DNA of 63,395 nt, filler included. It is 6 parts of 6 records of this genome, joined end to end, with 100 filler letters (N's around TTAATTAATTAA, not from the genome) between each part and the next. Parts side by side here need not be neighbours in the genome. Positions count along the whole stretch, not along the records: positions 34,874 to 43,720 come from SRR31147125_5199; positions 43,821 to 50,725 come from SRR31147125_5244; 4 more parts are not named here. One strand, written 5' to 3'. A program made the position numbers and the translations under genes. The notes beneath the pieces were generated by a model. It did no database searches. It saw only the letters and a program-made list of their open reading frames with translations, and was not told the DNA's origin. Numbering within the stretch: the stretch's first letter is position 1; every line of letters begins with the position of its first letter. This document shows, piece by piece, positions 40,511 through 50,825 of this stretch.

Positions 40511-40942
40511 CTAATCATTTAAATTATTATACATTTGCATAAATATTCTTTTTAGAATAATTCTCTCCTCAGCAGAGATGTTCGCAAATGTTTTAGTTTC
40601 AATATCCTCAATAGCTTTTTTTACTCTGACTCTAATTTTTCTCGCCTTAGTGGTAAGATAAACTCGCATAACCCTTTTGTCATTTTGATCGTGTTCCCTA
40701 GTTAAAAAACCTGATTTTTCCATTCTTTGTATCATTTTGCTAAGGGTAGATGGCTTGATTTGCATTAGTTCAGTTATATCTTTCTGTGTTTTTCCATCCT
40801 CCTTATACAGGATGAATAGGATAGGGGGTTGCCCTCTATAAAGTCCAAGTTTTTCTAATCTCTCCATTGCTTGATGATGTCTCATTTTACTAATTTCATG
40901 AAATAGCTTCTCTAAGCTAGTATTATTAATGTCTTCTATCAT
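40511..40942 (-). CDS. MarR family transcriptional regulator
   Basis: GQPPIL, TQKDI, LSKMIQRMEKSG, DKRVMRVYLT; RBS GGAGG 8 nt before ATG 40942. Confidence 0.92.
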   Translation of the reverse strand: MIEDINNTSLEKLFHEISKMRHHQAMERLEKLGLYRGQPPILFILYKEDGKTQKDITELMQIKPSTLSKMIQRMEKSGFLTREHDQNDKRVMRVYLTTKARKIRVRVKKAIEDIETKTFANISAEERIILKRIFMQMYNNLND

Positions 40943-40961
40943 TTTATTTTCCTCCAAATAT

Positions 40962-41039
40962 TATTTAGCCGTCAAACTATTTTTATAGAGTTTAACATAT
41001 TAAACTGGAATTTTCAAGAATTAATTTAGCTGGCTAAAT
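40962..41039. promoter_or_regulatory. Candidate MarR operators
   Basis: ATTTAGCTGGCTAAAT (41024-41039) and the related TATTTAGCCGTCAAACTA (40962-40979). Confidence 0.55.
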
Positions 41040-41168
41040 ATTCTTACTTGTGGTAACGGAGGAAATTAGATAGGGAACAAGAAAAAAAGAAGTATAATAT
41101 AATTGAGGTACAGAATAACATTTTCCTGGAAATACTTAATGTTGTGAGGGAGTGAGAGGTATAAGGAA

Positions 41169-43334
41169 GTGAGAAATGTGGTGAAAGATTTAAAGTTGGG
41201 AACAAAATTGCAAATAGCATTTTTGCTTATAGGTTTACTACCGTTTGCGATTATGGGAGCCTTAACGTTAAGGAGTAGTTCAGAGGCTATCAGAAAGAAA
41301 GTGTATGACGAATTAAATGCAGTAAAACAAATCAAACAAAATCAGATTGAAAGTTATTTAAAAGAAAGAAAAGCTGATGTTGAACTTATTTCTCGAACTA
41401 AAGATGTAGTAGATTCTATTGAGGAGCTAAGATTATATCATGATGAAATGGGAATAGAGCCTAATGTTAATTTTGATATGTCCAGTTCAAAAGAGGGCCT
41501 AACTAAAACATATGATGAGATACACCTTAAGGCAAATGAGTCACTTGGAAAATATTGTGAAATATACGGTTATTATGATTTGTTTTTGATTTGTAAAAAA
41601 CATGGTCATGTAATGTATTCCCATGCAAAAGAAAGTGACTTAGGTGAAAATTTAAATGTTGGACAGTTTAAAGATACGCATTTAGCATTGTTATGGAGAG
41701 AAGCAAATGACAATAATGAAGTTCATATTACCGATATGTTGGCCTATGCCCCATCAAAGAATGCCCCAGCGATGTTTGTTGGGCAAAGTATAAGAAAAGA
41801 TAACGGAGAAATAATAGGGGTATTAGCAATTCAACTTTCACTAGAGAAGATAAATGAAATTATGCAGGAAAGAACAGGTTTAGGCGAAACAGGAGAAACC
41901 TATTTGGTTGGAGAAGATTTACTTATGAGGTCGGATTCGTATTTAGATCCTGAATTTCATAGTGTTGAAGCATCTATGGCTAGTCCGGAAACAGGAAGAG
42001 TGGATACAGTTGCAGTAAGAGAAGCTCTAGCAGGAAATAATAGTACAAAGGAAATTCTTGATTATACAGGAAATAAAGTATTATCTTCATACTCCTCTTT
42101 TGAAATAGGCGAGTTTAGATGGAGTATACTTGCTGAGATTAATTCCAGTGAGGCATTTCATGAAATCAAAAGAATAGAATGGAGAGTTCTTTTATTAGGT
42201 TTGATTTGTATTCCAGTGATTATAGCTTTAGCATTGCTAATTATTAATTCAATCACCAAACCTATAAACTATTTAACAGGACATATTAAAAAAATAGGAG
42301 AGTATGATATATCTAAAGATTTGCCTCCTATTTATACTGATAGAAAAGATGAAGTTGGAATAATTAGTAACTCTGTTCAACATCTTCAAAAGAACTTAAG
42401 AAAATTGGTAGGCGTAATTTTTGATAGCTCTAAAAATGTATTTGCATTGGCAGAAGAACTAACGGCGATGACACAACAGTCTTCTGCGATATTTGAAGAA
42501 CTTGCAAATGTTGTTAATGAAATAGCAAAAGGAGCTACCGTTCAATCAGATAGTGCCAGTGAAGGTGCTGAAAATTTAGTTAATCTTGGAGATTTGATAG
42601 ACTCGGATAAAGATAGCGTATTTAAGTTATATGAATCTACAAAAGAAGTAAATTCGTATGTGCATGAAGGTTTAAAGATTATTGAGGAATTAACAGAACA
42701 AGCAATGTTAAATAACAGTGTTGCTGAAGAAGCACAACAAAGTATAATGAAGGCAAATAAAAGTTCAGAAAATATTATATCAGCAAGTGAATTTATAGCA
42801 TCTATTTCTGAACAAACAAATCTATTAGCCCTAAATGCAGCAATTGAAGCGGCAAGGGCTGGAGAGGCGGGGAGAGGTTTTGCTGTTGTAGCAGATGAGA
42901 TTAGAAAGCTAGCTGAACAAACTAGAACTGCAACAGATGAAATAAATATTATGATTGGAAGCTTGAGAACAGATGTTGGTTTAGTTGTAAATAAAATGGA
43001 AGAATCGCAACAAGTATCGATGGAACAAACTAATAAAGTAAATAATACAGAAGAAAAATTCAGAGTGATTTCTGAGGCGATAACTGAAGTAGAGTCCATT
43101 TCGGAAATTTTGACAAGTGAAAGCGAAGAGATGGAGGTTACAAAAAATTCTGTATCAAGCAAAATTGAATCATTGGCCGCTGTTTCTGAACAAAACGCTG
43201 CCTCAACTCAGCAGGTATCAGCTTCCATAGAGGAGCAGGTTGAATCAACCAAAGAGATTTCACTATCAAGTGAAAAATTATCAATATTAGCAGGAGAGTT
43301 ACAGGATGCTATAGAAAGATTTAAAATTAGTTAA
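41169..43334 (+). CDS. Methyl-accepting chemotaxis protein (dCache-HAMP-MA)
   Basis: Two TMs, periplasmic Cache region, HAMP (RKDEVG), [35 protein letters not shown]. Confidence 0.95.
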   Translation: MRNVVKDLKLGTKLQIAFLLIGLLPFAIMGALTLRSSSEAIRKKVYDELNAVKQIKQNQIESYLKERKADVELISRTKDVVDSIEELRLYHDEMGIEPNVNFDMSSSKEGLTKTYDEIHLKANESLGKYCEIYGYYDLFLICKKHGHVMYSHAKESDLGENLNVGQFKDTHLALLWREANDNNEVHITDMLAYAPSKNAPAMFVGQSIRKDNGEIIGVLAIQLSLEKINEIMQERTGLGETGETYLVGEDLLMRSDSYLDPEFHSVEASMASPETGRVDTVAVREALAGNNSTKEILDYTGNKVLSSYSSFEIGEFRWSILAEINSSEAFHEIKRIEWRVLLLGLICIPVIIALALLIINSITKPINYLTGHIKKIGEYDISKDLPPIYTDRKDEVGIISNSVQHLQKNLRKLVGVIFDSSKNVFALAEELTAMTQQSSAIFEELANVVNEIAKGATVQSDSASEGAENLVNLGDLIDSDKDSVFKLYESTKEVNSYVHEGLKIIEELTEQAMLNNSVAEEAQQSIMKANKSSENIISASEFIASISEQTNLLALNAAIEAARAGEAGRGFAVVADEIRKLAEQTRTATDEINIMIGSLRTDVGLVVNKMEESQQVSMEQTNKVNNTEEKFRVISEAITEVESISEILTSESEEMEVTKNSVSSKIESLAAVSEQNAASTQQVSASIEEQVESTKEISLSSEKLSILAGELQDAIERFKIS

Positions 43335-43340
43335 GAAAAT

Positions 43341-43388
43341 TCCCCTCTTTTGAGCGATAGTAGAAATGTTATCACTTAAAAGAGGGGA
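43341..43388. terminator. Long hairpin / terminator between convergent genes
   Basis: TCCCCTCTTTTGAGCGATA...TATCACTTAAAAGAGGGGA. Confidence 0.65.
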
Positions 43389-43453
43389 TATTTGTTAAGG
43401 ATATAAAACTTTTAGGTTAATTATAAGTATTTAATTAGATTTAGAGTAATTTT

Positions 43454-43720
43454 TTATTTTTTTCTTCTACATGGAATTGGTTTGGGAGGACACTTTGGTT
43501 TAGTTGCTCCAGCCTTTACAATAGCTCCATATTCGCAGGCATCAACACAAGCCCCACATTGAATACACTCTGATTGGTCAATAACATGTACAAAATTTCT
43601 CTTACTCATTATTGCATCGTCATCACATGAATCTATACACTCCATACAGCCAGTACATTTACTAGCCAATATATGGTATGTTACAAAGCTTGAACATACA
43701 GCTGCTTTACAGGTTTTTTT
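43454..43720 (-). CDS. C-terminus of a NuoF/HydB-like 2x[4Fe-4S] subunit (5' truncated)
   Basis: KTCKAAVCSSFVTYHI followed by CTGCMECIDSC and CIQCGACVDAC ferredoxin motifs. Confidence 0.75.
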   Translation of the reverse strand, partial: KKTCKAAVCSSFVTYHILASKCTGCMECIDSCDDDAIMSKRNFVHVIDQSECIQCGACVDACEYGAIVKAGATKPKCPPKPIPCRRKK

Positions 43721-43820
43721 NNNNNNNNNNNNNNNNNNNNNNNNNNNNNNNNNNNNNNNNNNNNTTAATTAATTAANNNNNNNNNNNNNNNNNNNNNNNN
43801 NNNNNNNNNNNNNNNNNNNN
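43721..43820. other. Artificial contig spacer
   Basis: N44-TTAATTAATTAA-N44. Confidence 0.98.
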
Positions 43821-44750
43821 CTTCATTCCACCTACAGTATACAACGTTGTCCCAGCATTTGCAACCAAACTTCTACCTGGCTCAATCATAACTTTCTCTA
43901 TATTTAAACCGAATTCTTCCATTTTTGACTCAAAGTTTTTTATTACTTCTTTTAAGAAAACATCTGGCTCAATTGGGTCATCTCCATTTGCATAGTAGAT
44001 TCCAAACCCTCCGCCAAGATTCAATTGTTTCGTTACATATCCAATCTCATCTTCCATTTTCTTTGCAAACTCAAGCATTGCTTCACCTTCTGCAAAAAAT
44101 GGTTTTTCATCAAATATTTGAGAACCAATATGACAGTGGAATCCTTGAAGTGTTACAAACTCACTCATTTCAAATCTACCAATTACTTGCTTGATATATG
44201 CATCATTGTAAATTGAAACTCCAAATTTTGATGAGTGCTTAGTTGTTTGGATATACTCATGGGTATGTGCATCGATTCCTGGGTTTACTCTTAATAATGC
44301 ATTGGCAGTTTTATCCGTTGCTTCACACATTTTCTCTATAAGAGCTAATTCATCTAGGTTATCTACAACTATCGTTCCAACACCGAAGTCCAGTGCCATT
44401 TTAACTTCTTCAGCAGTTTTATTGTTCCCGTGCATATAAACTCTCTCCATAGGGAAACCAGCTTGTTTTGCAGTAAACAGCTCTCCACCTGATACCACAT
44501 CAAGGCTAAGACCTTCTTGAGCAACTAACTGGCACATAGCTTTATTTAAAAACGCTTTTGAAGCATATATAACTTCCGTTGCTATTTTTTCTCCTTTAAA
44601 AGAAGTCTTCATTATATTCATCATATCTTCAATATGTTGTCTATCCATTACATATAGTGGCGACCCGTGTTTGATTAATAGATCTCTAACATCTGCCCCA
44701 CCAATATTCATTACACCATCTACATTTTTCATCGTACCGAAAAGTCTCAT
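43821..44750 (-). CDS. lysA: Diaminopimelate decarboxylase (3' truncated)
   Basis: YASKAF (PLP Lys), DVVSGGE, HGNNK, SKFG, HCHIGSQI, NLGGGFG, EPGRS; lysine riboswitch upstream. Confidence 0.95.
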
Positions 44751-44845
44751 ACCAATTCACCTCAAATTATATTTTTATGTTAATTACCTTAAATTTTCTA
44801 CCAATATATTATACTTTTAAATCAATAAAATTTACATATATAAAT

Positions 44846-44876
44846 AAAAAAAGCTGGTAGTTTCTACTACCAACTT
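44846..44876 (-). terminator. Riboswitch-associated terminator in the lysA leader
   Basis: AAGTTGGTAGT-AGAA-ACTACCAGCTT-TTTTT. Confidence 0.75.
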
Positions 44877-44931
44877 AAAATTATATATTAGACAAATTAA
44901 TTTCTCAATTCTTTATATATATTCTTAAAGT

Positions 44932-45105
44932 TAATAGCACACCATCACTCCTTTTTTAAGTGATGACAGTATTACAGATATTGTCTGTAATCCCAACTAA
45001 GTAAGCCCTGCTAAACTAAACTTAATTTCGGCAAAAACCCCTTTCGAAATACTTCATCGGTTGCAGACCTCAGTATTTGTACTATTAATTCTCGCGCCTC
45101 TATTT
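44932..45105 (-). ncRNA. Lysine riboswitch (L-box)
   Basis: Minus strand: AATAGAGGCGCG...AGTA...GATGA...GAAAGG...GCCGAA...TGGG..AATA..ACTGTCA...TGGTGTGCTATT, P1 AATAG/CTATT; located upstream of lysA. Confidence 0.92.
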
Positions 45106-45215
45106 TCTTTTGTTTGCAACATTATATTACATTTATCAAACAAATGAAAATATAAAATATATATGCTAGTCATCATTTACATTGATGACTAGCATTAAAT
45201 AATTAAAAAATACAC

Positions 45216-45245
45216 TTGACAAAATCCTATACCGAAAGGTATAAT
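45216..45245 (+). promoter_or_regulatory. Consensus sigma-70/A promoter of the acyltransferase gene
   Basis: TTGACA-N18-TATAAT. Confidence 0.75.
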
Positions 45246-45340
45246 TGTGTTGTCTAAATAGAGGGAATATTTCGCTATTTAGATTTATTTTATTGTGAAT
45301 TTTACGTATACTAAAGAGTATATACAGGAGGGCTATTTTT

Positions 45341-46381
45341 ATGAAGAGAGAATATTTTTTAGACAATTTGCGAACGTTTATCATTTTTTTAGTTGTTGTC
45401 TTGCACACAGCTATGGCTTTTATGGCAAACTGTCCCAATTGGTGGTATGTTATCAATGAGGAAAAAAGTCTCATTTACACTATTATTGTAGTTGTATTAG
45501 ATACACTTATGATGCCTATAGTATTTTATATAGCAGGATATTTTTATAACACTTCAGCTAATAAATACTCAAAGTCAGAATTTATACTGCGAAAAGCCAA
45601 ACGATTGCTTATTCCAGCATTGTTAGGTACATTATTTATTGTTCCGTTTCTAACGTATGCTTACCTAAAATCAAGAGCTATACCTATGCCACCAATTTTA
45701 GGATTAACTTATATTTATAATGGCTATCAACAGGGACATTTCTGGTTTTTAGTTATCTTATTTTTATTCTTCGTTTTAGGAACTTTTACAAAGGAATTAT
45801 TTGTAAATTTCTATAAAAAAATGAAATTTCCAGCTTTAACTTTTTTGTTACTTAACATTTTATTTTTTTCAATAGTTAGTATGAGTACATCACCTGATAC
45901 TTGGATAAACTTAAAGCTCATTTTATTTCAGCCAGTTAAATTTATTGTGTATTTTAACTTTTTCATTTTCGGAATCTATAATTCTGAAACAACATCTCCT
46001 TTTAAAAAGAGCTCAATTATTGCCAAAATTATCCTAGTTCTTACAATTGCAGTTTATTTCATTAATAAAGGAAGCCTAAGAGCTACTCCCGCCAATATAG
46101 TTATTGATGCAATTGGTTTTAATCTAATAGCATTTTTATCCCTTAGTCAGTTAGTTATATTATTTAAAAATAAATTTAATAAATCAAGCAATCTAGGTGC
46201 ATTACTAAATAAGAGTTCATTCTTTGTATATATTATTCATCAAATTTTCGTTTTAGGTATTACACTTCTAATTGTTAAACTTAACTTAAATCTGCACTTA
46301 AAATTCTTTATAGTTTTAACTTCAAGTTATATTCTATCAAATCTAACAGCTTTAATTTTTTCAGCTGTTAGTAAAAAATAA
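45341..46381 (+). CDS. Acyltransferase family 3 (OpgC/MdoC-like) membrane protein
   Basis: FLDNLR....LVVVLH, MPIVFYIAGYF, KRLLIP, HFWFL, SFFVYIIHQ. Confidence 0.9.
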   Translation: MKREYFLDNLRTFIIFLVVVLHTAMAFMANCPNWWYVINEEKSLIYTIIVVVLDTLMMPIVFYIAGYFYNTSANKYSKSEFILRKAKRLLIPALLGTLFIVPFLTYAYLKSRAIPMPPILGLTYIYNGYQQGHFWFLVILFLFFVLGTFTKELFVNFYKKMKFPALTFLLLNILFFSIVSMSTSPDTWINLKLILFQPVKFIVYFNFFIFGIYNSETTSPFKKSSIIAKIILVLTIAVYFINKGSLRATPANIVIDAIGFNLIAFLSLSQLVILFKNKFNKSSNLGALLNKSSFFVYIIHQIFVLGITLLIVKLNLNLHLKFFIVLTSSYILSNLTALIFSAVSKK

Positions 46382-46406
46382 ACTTAATAAATTAAATTCT
46401 AAACTA

Positions 46407-46449
46407 AAAAAGAAGTCGAGGGAAATTTAATTTCACTCGACTTCTTTTT
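46407..46449. terminator. Bidirectional terminator
   Basis: AAAAAGAAGTCGAG...CTCGACTTCTTTTT. Confidence 0.8.
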
Positions 46450-46464
46450 ATAATTATATTATTA

Positions 46465-46887
46465 CTAAGCCATTACCTCAAAGATACTAATAGTTAGACC
46501 ATTCTCGTCTCTATTACCTTCTCCTCTAAATTTTCTATTATGTAAATATTCCCCTAAAATTTTACTGTCTGTATAAAATGTAGGAATAGTTTTAAATGGT
46601 TTTGGCGCATCTAAAGGGATATATCCTTGATTTACAATAAACAATTTACAATCATTTCCTTCTGAATCTTTACCAACCATCATATATCTAGCATCCATAT
46701 GCTTGATTCCGTTTACATCTATCCATTGATTATCAACTGCACCTTGTACAGTTTTACCTGTAAATAGCTCACCTTCAGTATACCCTTCAAAAGGAATTAC
46801 TACTATTTGCCCAGCGCTGCTTTCAAGGCTTATTCTCTCATGAGTTTCTACTTTAATCTCCATAATTAATTTATCGTTCATTTCCAT
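46465..46887 (-). CDS. DUF3237-like beta-barrel protein
   Basis: IPFEG...G.LF.G....GAVD.Q, DARY, N.G, PTFYTD pattern. Confidence 0.7.
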   Translation of the reverse strand: MEMNDKLIMEIKVETHERISLESSAGQIVVIPFEGYTEGELFTGKTVQGAVDNQWIDVNGIKHMDARYMMVGKDSEGNDCKLFIVNQGYIPLDAPKPFKTIPTFYTDSKILGEYLHNRKFRGEGNRDENGLTISIFEVMA

Positions 46888-47102
46888 CTCCTAACATAAC
46901 AAAAAATTTTACTGTTTTATTTCTATATCGAATCGACTCACTATAAAGTCATTATTCTCAGTATTATATAATATTTATAGAATAAATTAAAGGATAAATA
47001 TTAATTACATTATGATCCCTCTACATTTAAAACGGTTCATATTTTGTCGCCTTAAAAGCATTCTCTTATATTAAACCGATTCTGAATTAATTTACAGCTA
47101 TC

Positions 47103-47663
47103 TTAGATAAATCTCTCTATTAGTATTTTCAACCCAATTAAAATTAAAATCACGCCACCAAATATTTCAGCTTTACTACTAAACATCTTACCAATTTTAT
47201 TTCCAATATAAACTCCTGAGGCACAAATAATAAACGTTATAAGGCCAATAACAGATATTATTAACCAAATGTTATCAGGTCGAATAAGTGCAAGAGAAAA
47301 ACCTATTGCCAATGCGTCAATACTAGTTGCTATTGCTAACATAATCAAGTTAGTGTTTAACTCACAACGGCCGTTTCTTTCACAATCCTCCTCGCAATAA
47401 GCTTCATATATCATCTTTCCACCTATGGCAACTAAAAGAGCAAATGTTATCCAGTGGCTAAACCTATTGATATAACTATAAAGTAGGTTTCCACTTAAAT
47501 AACCTACTAAAGGCATTAATGCTTGAAAAAAACCAAAAACTCCACCAACTACCACTGTGTGCTTTATACGGAGTCTTTTAACAGCAATTCCTTCTGTAAT
47601 TGAGACTGCAAAAGCATCCATCGCTAATCCTATACTTAAAAAAATTAAAGTAATTAATCCCAT
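47103..47663 (-). CDS. mntP: Manganese efflux pump MntP family
   Basis: GLAMDAFAVS, FGFFQALMP, AIATSIDALAIG, AEIFGGVILILIG. Confidence 0.92.
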   Translation of the reverse strand: MGLITLIFLSIGLAMDAFAVSITEGIAVKRLRIKHTVVVGGVFGFFQALMPLVGYLSGNLLYSYINRFSHWITFALLVAIGGKMIYEAYCEEDCERNGRCELNTNLIMLAIATSIDALAIGFSLALIRPDNIWLIISVIGLITFIICASGVYIGNKIGKMFSSKAEIFGGVILILIGLKILIERFI

Positions 47664-47749
47664 ATCCTCACCTACTCAAATCATTATTATGCTAGCAAAT
47701 TTTTTCTAGCCCCTTATGATATCATAAATCAAAGTATTTTAAAATCCTA

Positions 47750-49030
47750 TTATATATTTCCTCTCAAAATATCGAACATATATGTCACATTTTCTTTATA
47801 AAACATATTTCCACAATGACCACCTATTGGATAAAATCTAGCTCTGTCTTTAAAAGTCTTCGCCACAAAATTTATATCTCTCTCAGTTAAAATTAATTCA
47901 TCTAAATTAGTTACTACATATATATTCTCAGCTGTTTCTAAATAGCTGCCAATATGCTCCAATGATGCCATCTCCAAAAGTGTACTAATTTCATAGCCTT
48001 CATTCTCTTTCTCAAGGTATTTTAATAAAAAATTTTGAAAGTAAGCAAAGAAGCTATAAGAGGTCGACTTTCTATAATACTCAGTTAGTGATGAAAATCT
48101 ATTAAGCTTTTTGTCTTCTGGAACTATCTGCCCCAAATGGGATAAGACATCACTAACAAATACAATATTAGATATTGCATTTCTAAATGTTATCCCTATT
48201 AATTTTTGATATACTTCCTCAGGTGCCTCCTTCTTTAACAAATAACCAGCGTTTTTACCTATGTTGTCTACTTCTAACTCATAAGGCATCTCTACTAACA
48301 ATTGCTCTATTTCACTAATAAATTGATTTACATCCACCAAGCCATTTGGTAAATTATTTTCCATCAGGGAATCAAAAAGTATCGCAGAATCAAGTATATT
48401 TACTGAAGGATTAATCATAAACACTCTATTAAACTTAAAAAAGTTATCTTCACTATCATACTTTGCTATATAAGATGAGTATGTTGCTCCTAAACTATAA
48501 GCTACAACATTGATATTCTCAATAGCTATGTCACCTGAGATATCATTATAAATTTTTTTCATCAAAATATATAAATCTCGTGCATCATCCTCAACCATTC
48601 CCATAACTCCAGTTGAGGAAGCTGTGATAAGGAAAGAAGGATGAGTTGGATTTGTCAAAGCTATTACATGGAAACCACCACTATAAAGTATATCTCTAAG
48701 TACTGCAGTTTGCCCTCCATCATAACCTCCGCCAATTCCGGGGAGCACAAACACCAGTGGCGCTTTCTTAGGTTGAGCTGATAATGAATAGGAATATTCA
48801 TCTAAAAACCAAAAAACATCAGGAATTTTTCGTTTGGTTTGACTTGGAATAGCTCTATGCTTCACTTTTGGTAAATTATGAAGTGGTAATCTTGCATTTA
48901 ACGGTGTCCCAATTAATGTACTAATATATCTATTTTTTATTGGATATTTATAATCTTCTACTATATTACTTATCTCTCCAAATATTGAAATGCTGCTTAT
49001 AAACAATAAAATTAGAACGATTTTTTTCAT
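47750..49030 (-). CDS. Secreted alpha/beta-fold hydrolase
   Basis: Signal peptide; APLVFVLPGIG, nucleophile elbow AYSLG, DELIL, GGHCGN. Confidence 0.78.
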   Translation of the reverse strand: MKKIVLILLFISSISIFGEISNIVEDYKYPIKNRYISTLIGTPLNARLPLHNLPKVKHRAIPSQTKRKIPDVFWFLDEYSYSLSAQPKKAPLVFVLPGIGGGYDGGQTAVLRDILYSGGFHVIALTNPTHPSFLITASSTGVMGMVEDDARDLYILMKKIYNDISGDIAIENINVVAYSLGATYSSYIAKYDSEDNFFKFNRVFMINPSVNILDSAILFDSLMENNLPNGLVDVNQFISEIEQLLVEMPYELEVDNIGKNAGYLLKKEAPEEVYQKLIGITFRNAISNIVFVSDVLSHLGQIVPEDKKLNRFSSLTEYYRKSTSYSFFAYFQNFLLKYLEKENEGYEISTLLEMASLEHIGSYLETAENIYVVTNLDELILTERDINFVAKTFKDRARFYPIGGHCGNMFYKENVTYMFDILRGNI

Positions 49031-49270
49031 ACTAACACCTCCCAGGTTAGATCACGCATGTCTTAAAAGTATGGAATAATGTATAAACTTACTAGTATTA
49101 TATGATAAATATTGTGTTAATCCTGCAAAGTTATCATTTTCATCAAAATTCTATCATTTTATTTTTAGACAACTTTAAATTTAACAGATATGAAATTAAG
49201 GAGCATAGTATAGTTGACATATTCAGCTATTTGTTATATAATTTTATTATTATTTAATTGGGAGGTTACT

Positions 49271-50725
49271 ATGAACAACATAAGAAAAACAAGGGAATTA
49301 ATTGGGGTTAATAATGAAAAATGTACAGATTGTTATATGTGTATTCAAGTCTGTCCGGCGAAGTTTTGTAATGATGGAACGGGAGATGCTGTAGAAGTTA
49401 ATAATGATATGTGTATTGCATGTGGTAGTTGTATAAAAGCCTGTACACATGATGCAAGGTATTATGTTGATGATTTGGATTATTTCATGGAGAATAAGCC
49501 AAAGAAATTTATTGCAGTTGTAGCACCTGCAATAGTATCAAACATGCCGAATTCATACTTAAAATTAAATACTTGGCTAAAATCAATTGGCGCAGATGCT
49601 GTTTTTGACGTAAGTTTTGGAGCAGAATTGACTGCTAAATCTTACTATGAATATGTAAAACAAAATCAAAATAAGATGATTATTTCCCAACCATGTCCTG
49701 CTATTGTTGAGTATATGCAAGTATACAGACCTGACTTAATAAATCACCTCATTCCAGTCGATAGTCCATTACTACATACAATCAAATATGTGAAAAAATT
49801 CTTACCAGAATATAAAGATCATGAGGTTGTCTTCATCTCTCCATGTATAGCTAAAAAGATAGAGCTTGATACACTTAGAGATGATTCATATAATATTACA
49901 TTTAAAAAATTAGAAGAATATTTCTCTGAAAAGAAAATAAATCTTAATAGCTATAAAGATAGCGAATATGATAGTCCTTCTGCCGAGAGGGCAGTTATAT
50001 TCCCTAATCCTGGAGGCTTATTAGAAACACTTAAAAGATATGAGCCAAATGCTGGAGATTTTACTAGAAAAATAGAAGGTATTAACAATATATATCATTA
50101 TCTAGACCGTATGCCTAAAGAGATCATGGAGAACAAATTTTTAATAGTAGATTGTTTAAACTGTGAATATGGCTGTAATACAGGTCCTGGTACTAGCTCT
50201 GAAGATAAGCATATCGAAGTCTTAGAAGAACATACAGTTAAACGAAAGAAAGAGTTTATTAAGCAAAAAGAGAATGTTCTTACAAAACTAACAGGAAATC
50301 CTATTGAAAAAGAAATTAAAAAATATTGGGATATGAACCTATATAAAAGAAGTTATAAAAACCTCTCTTCTAAGAATAATATAAAAACACCTTCTAATTC
50401 AGATATGGAGAAAATTTATAATAGCCTTGAAAAAGAGAGCATGAATGATGAACTTAACTGCGCTGCATGTGGTTACGGTTCATGCCAAGATATGGCTGTA
50501 GCAATCCATAACGGAGTTAACAAAGTTGACAACTGCCAACACTACAAAACTAAGTTAATTGAAAAAGAGAAAGAGAACCTAAAAGAGCAAGCAAGAGAAC
50601 TTGAAGAAAATATGGCTGTGATTGAAGAGCTCCAATCTGAAGTTGAGTCTAGTCAAAAAAATGCCAATTACGAGATGGGACAAATGCTTCAAGATATTAT
50701 GGGAGAATTTAACGAACATAATGAA
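49271..50725 (+). CDS. Sensory-type [FeFe]-hydrogenase-like protein (2x[4Fe-4S], H-cluster-like domain, FeS domain, coiled coil; 3' truncated)
   Basis: RBS GGAGG; CTDCYMCIQVCP, CIACGSCIKACT, SQPCPA, SPCIAKKIE, DCLNCEYGCNTGPG, LNCAACGYGSC..C. Confidence 0.85.
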
Positions 50726-50825
50726 NNNNNNNNNNNNNNNNNNNNNNNNNNNNNNNNNNNNNNNNNNNNTTAATTAATTAANNNNNNNNNNNNNNNNNNN
50801 NNNNNNNNNNNNNNNNNNNNNNNNN
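50726..50825. other. Artificial contig spacer
   Basis: N44-TTAATTAATTAA-N44. Confidence 0.98.

Noticed and set aside
42542..43162. Long antisense ORFs (e.g. 42542..43162, 58258..58788, 3264..3710, 26896..27324)
   Set aside because: They are shadows of well-supported genes on the opposite strand and have no recognisable motifs.
47664..47749. yybP-ykoY manganese riboswitch upstream of mntP
   Set aside because: The gap is only 86 nt and AT-rich, without the conserved motifs.
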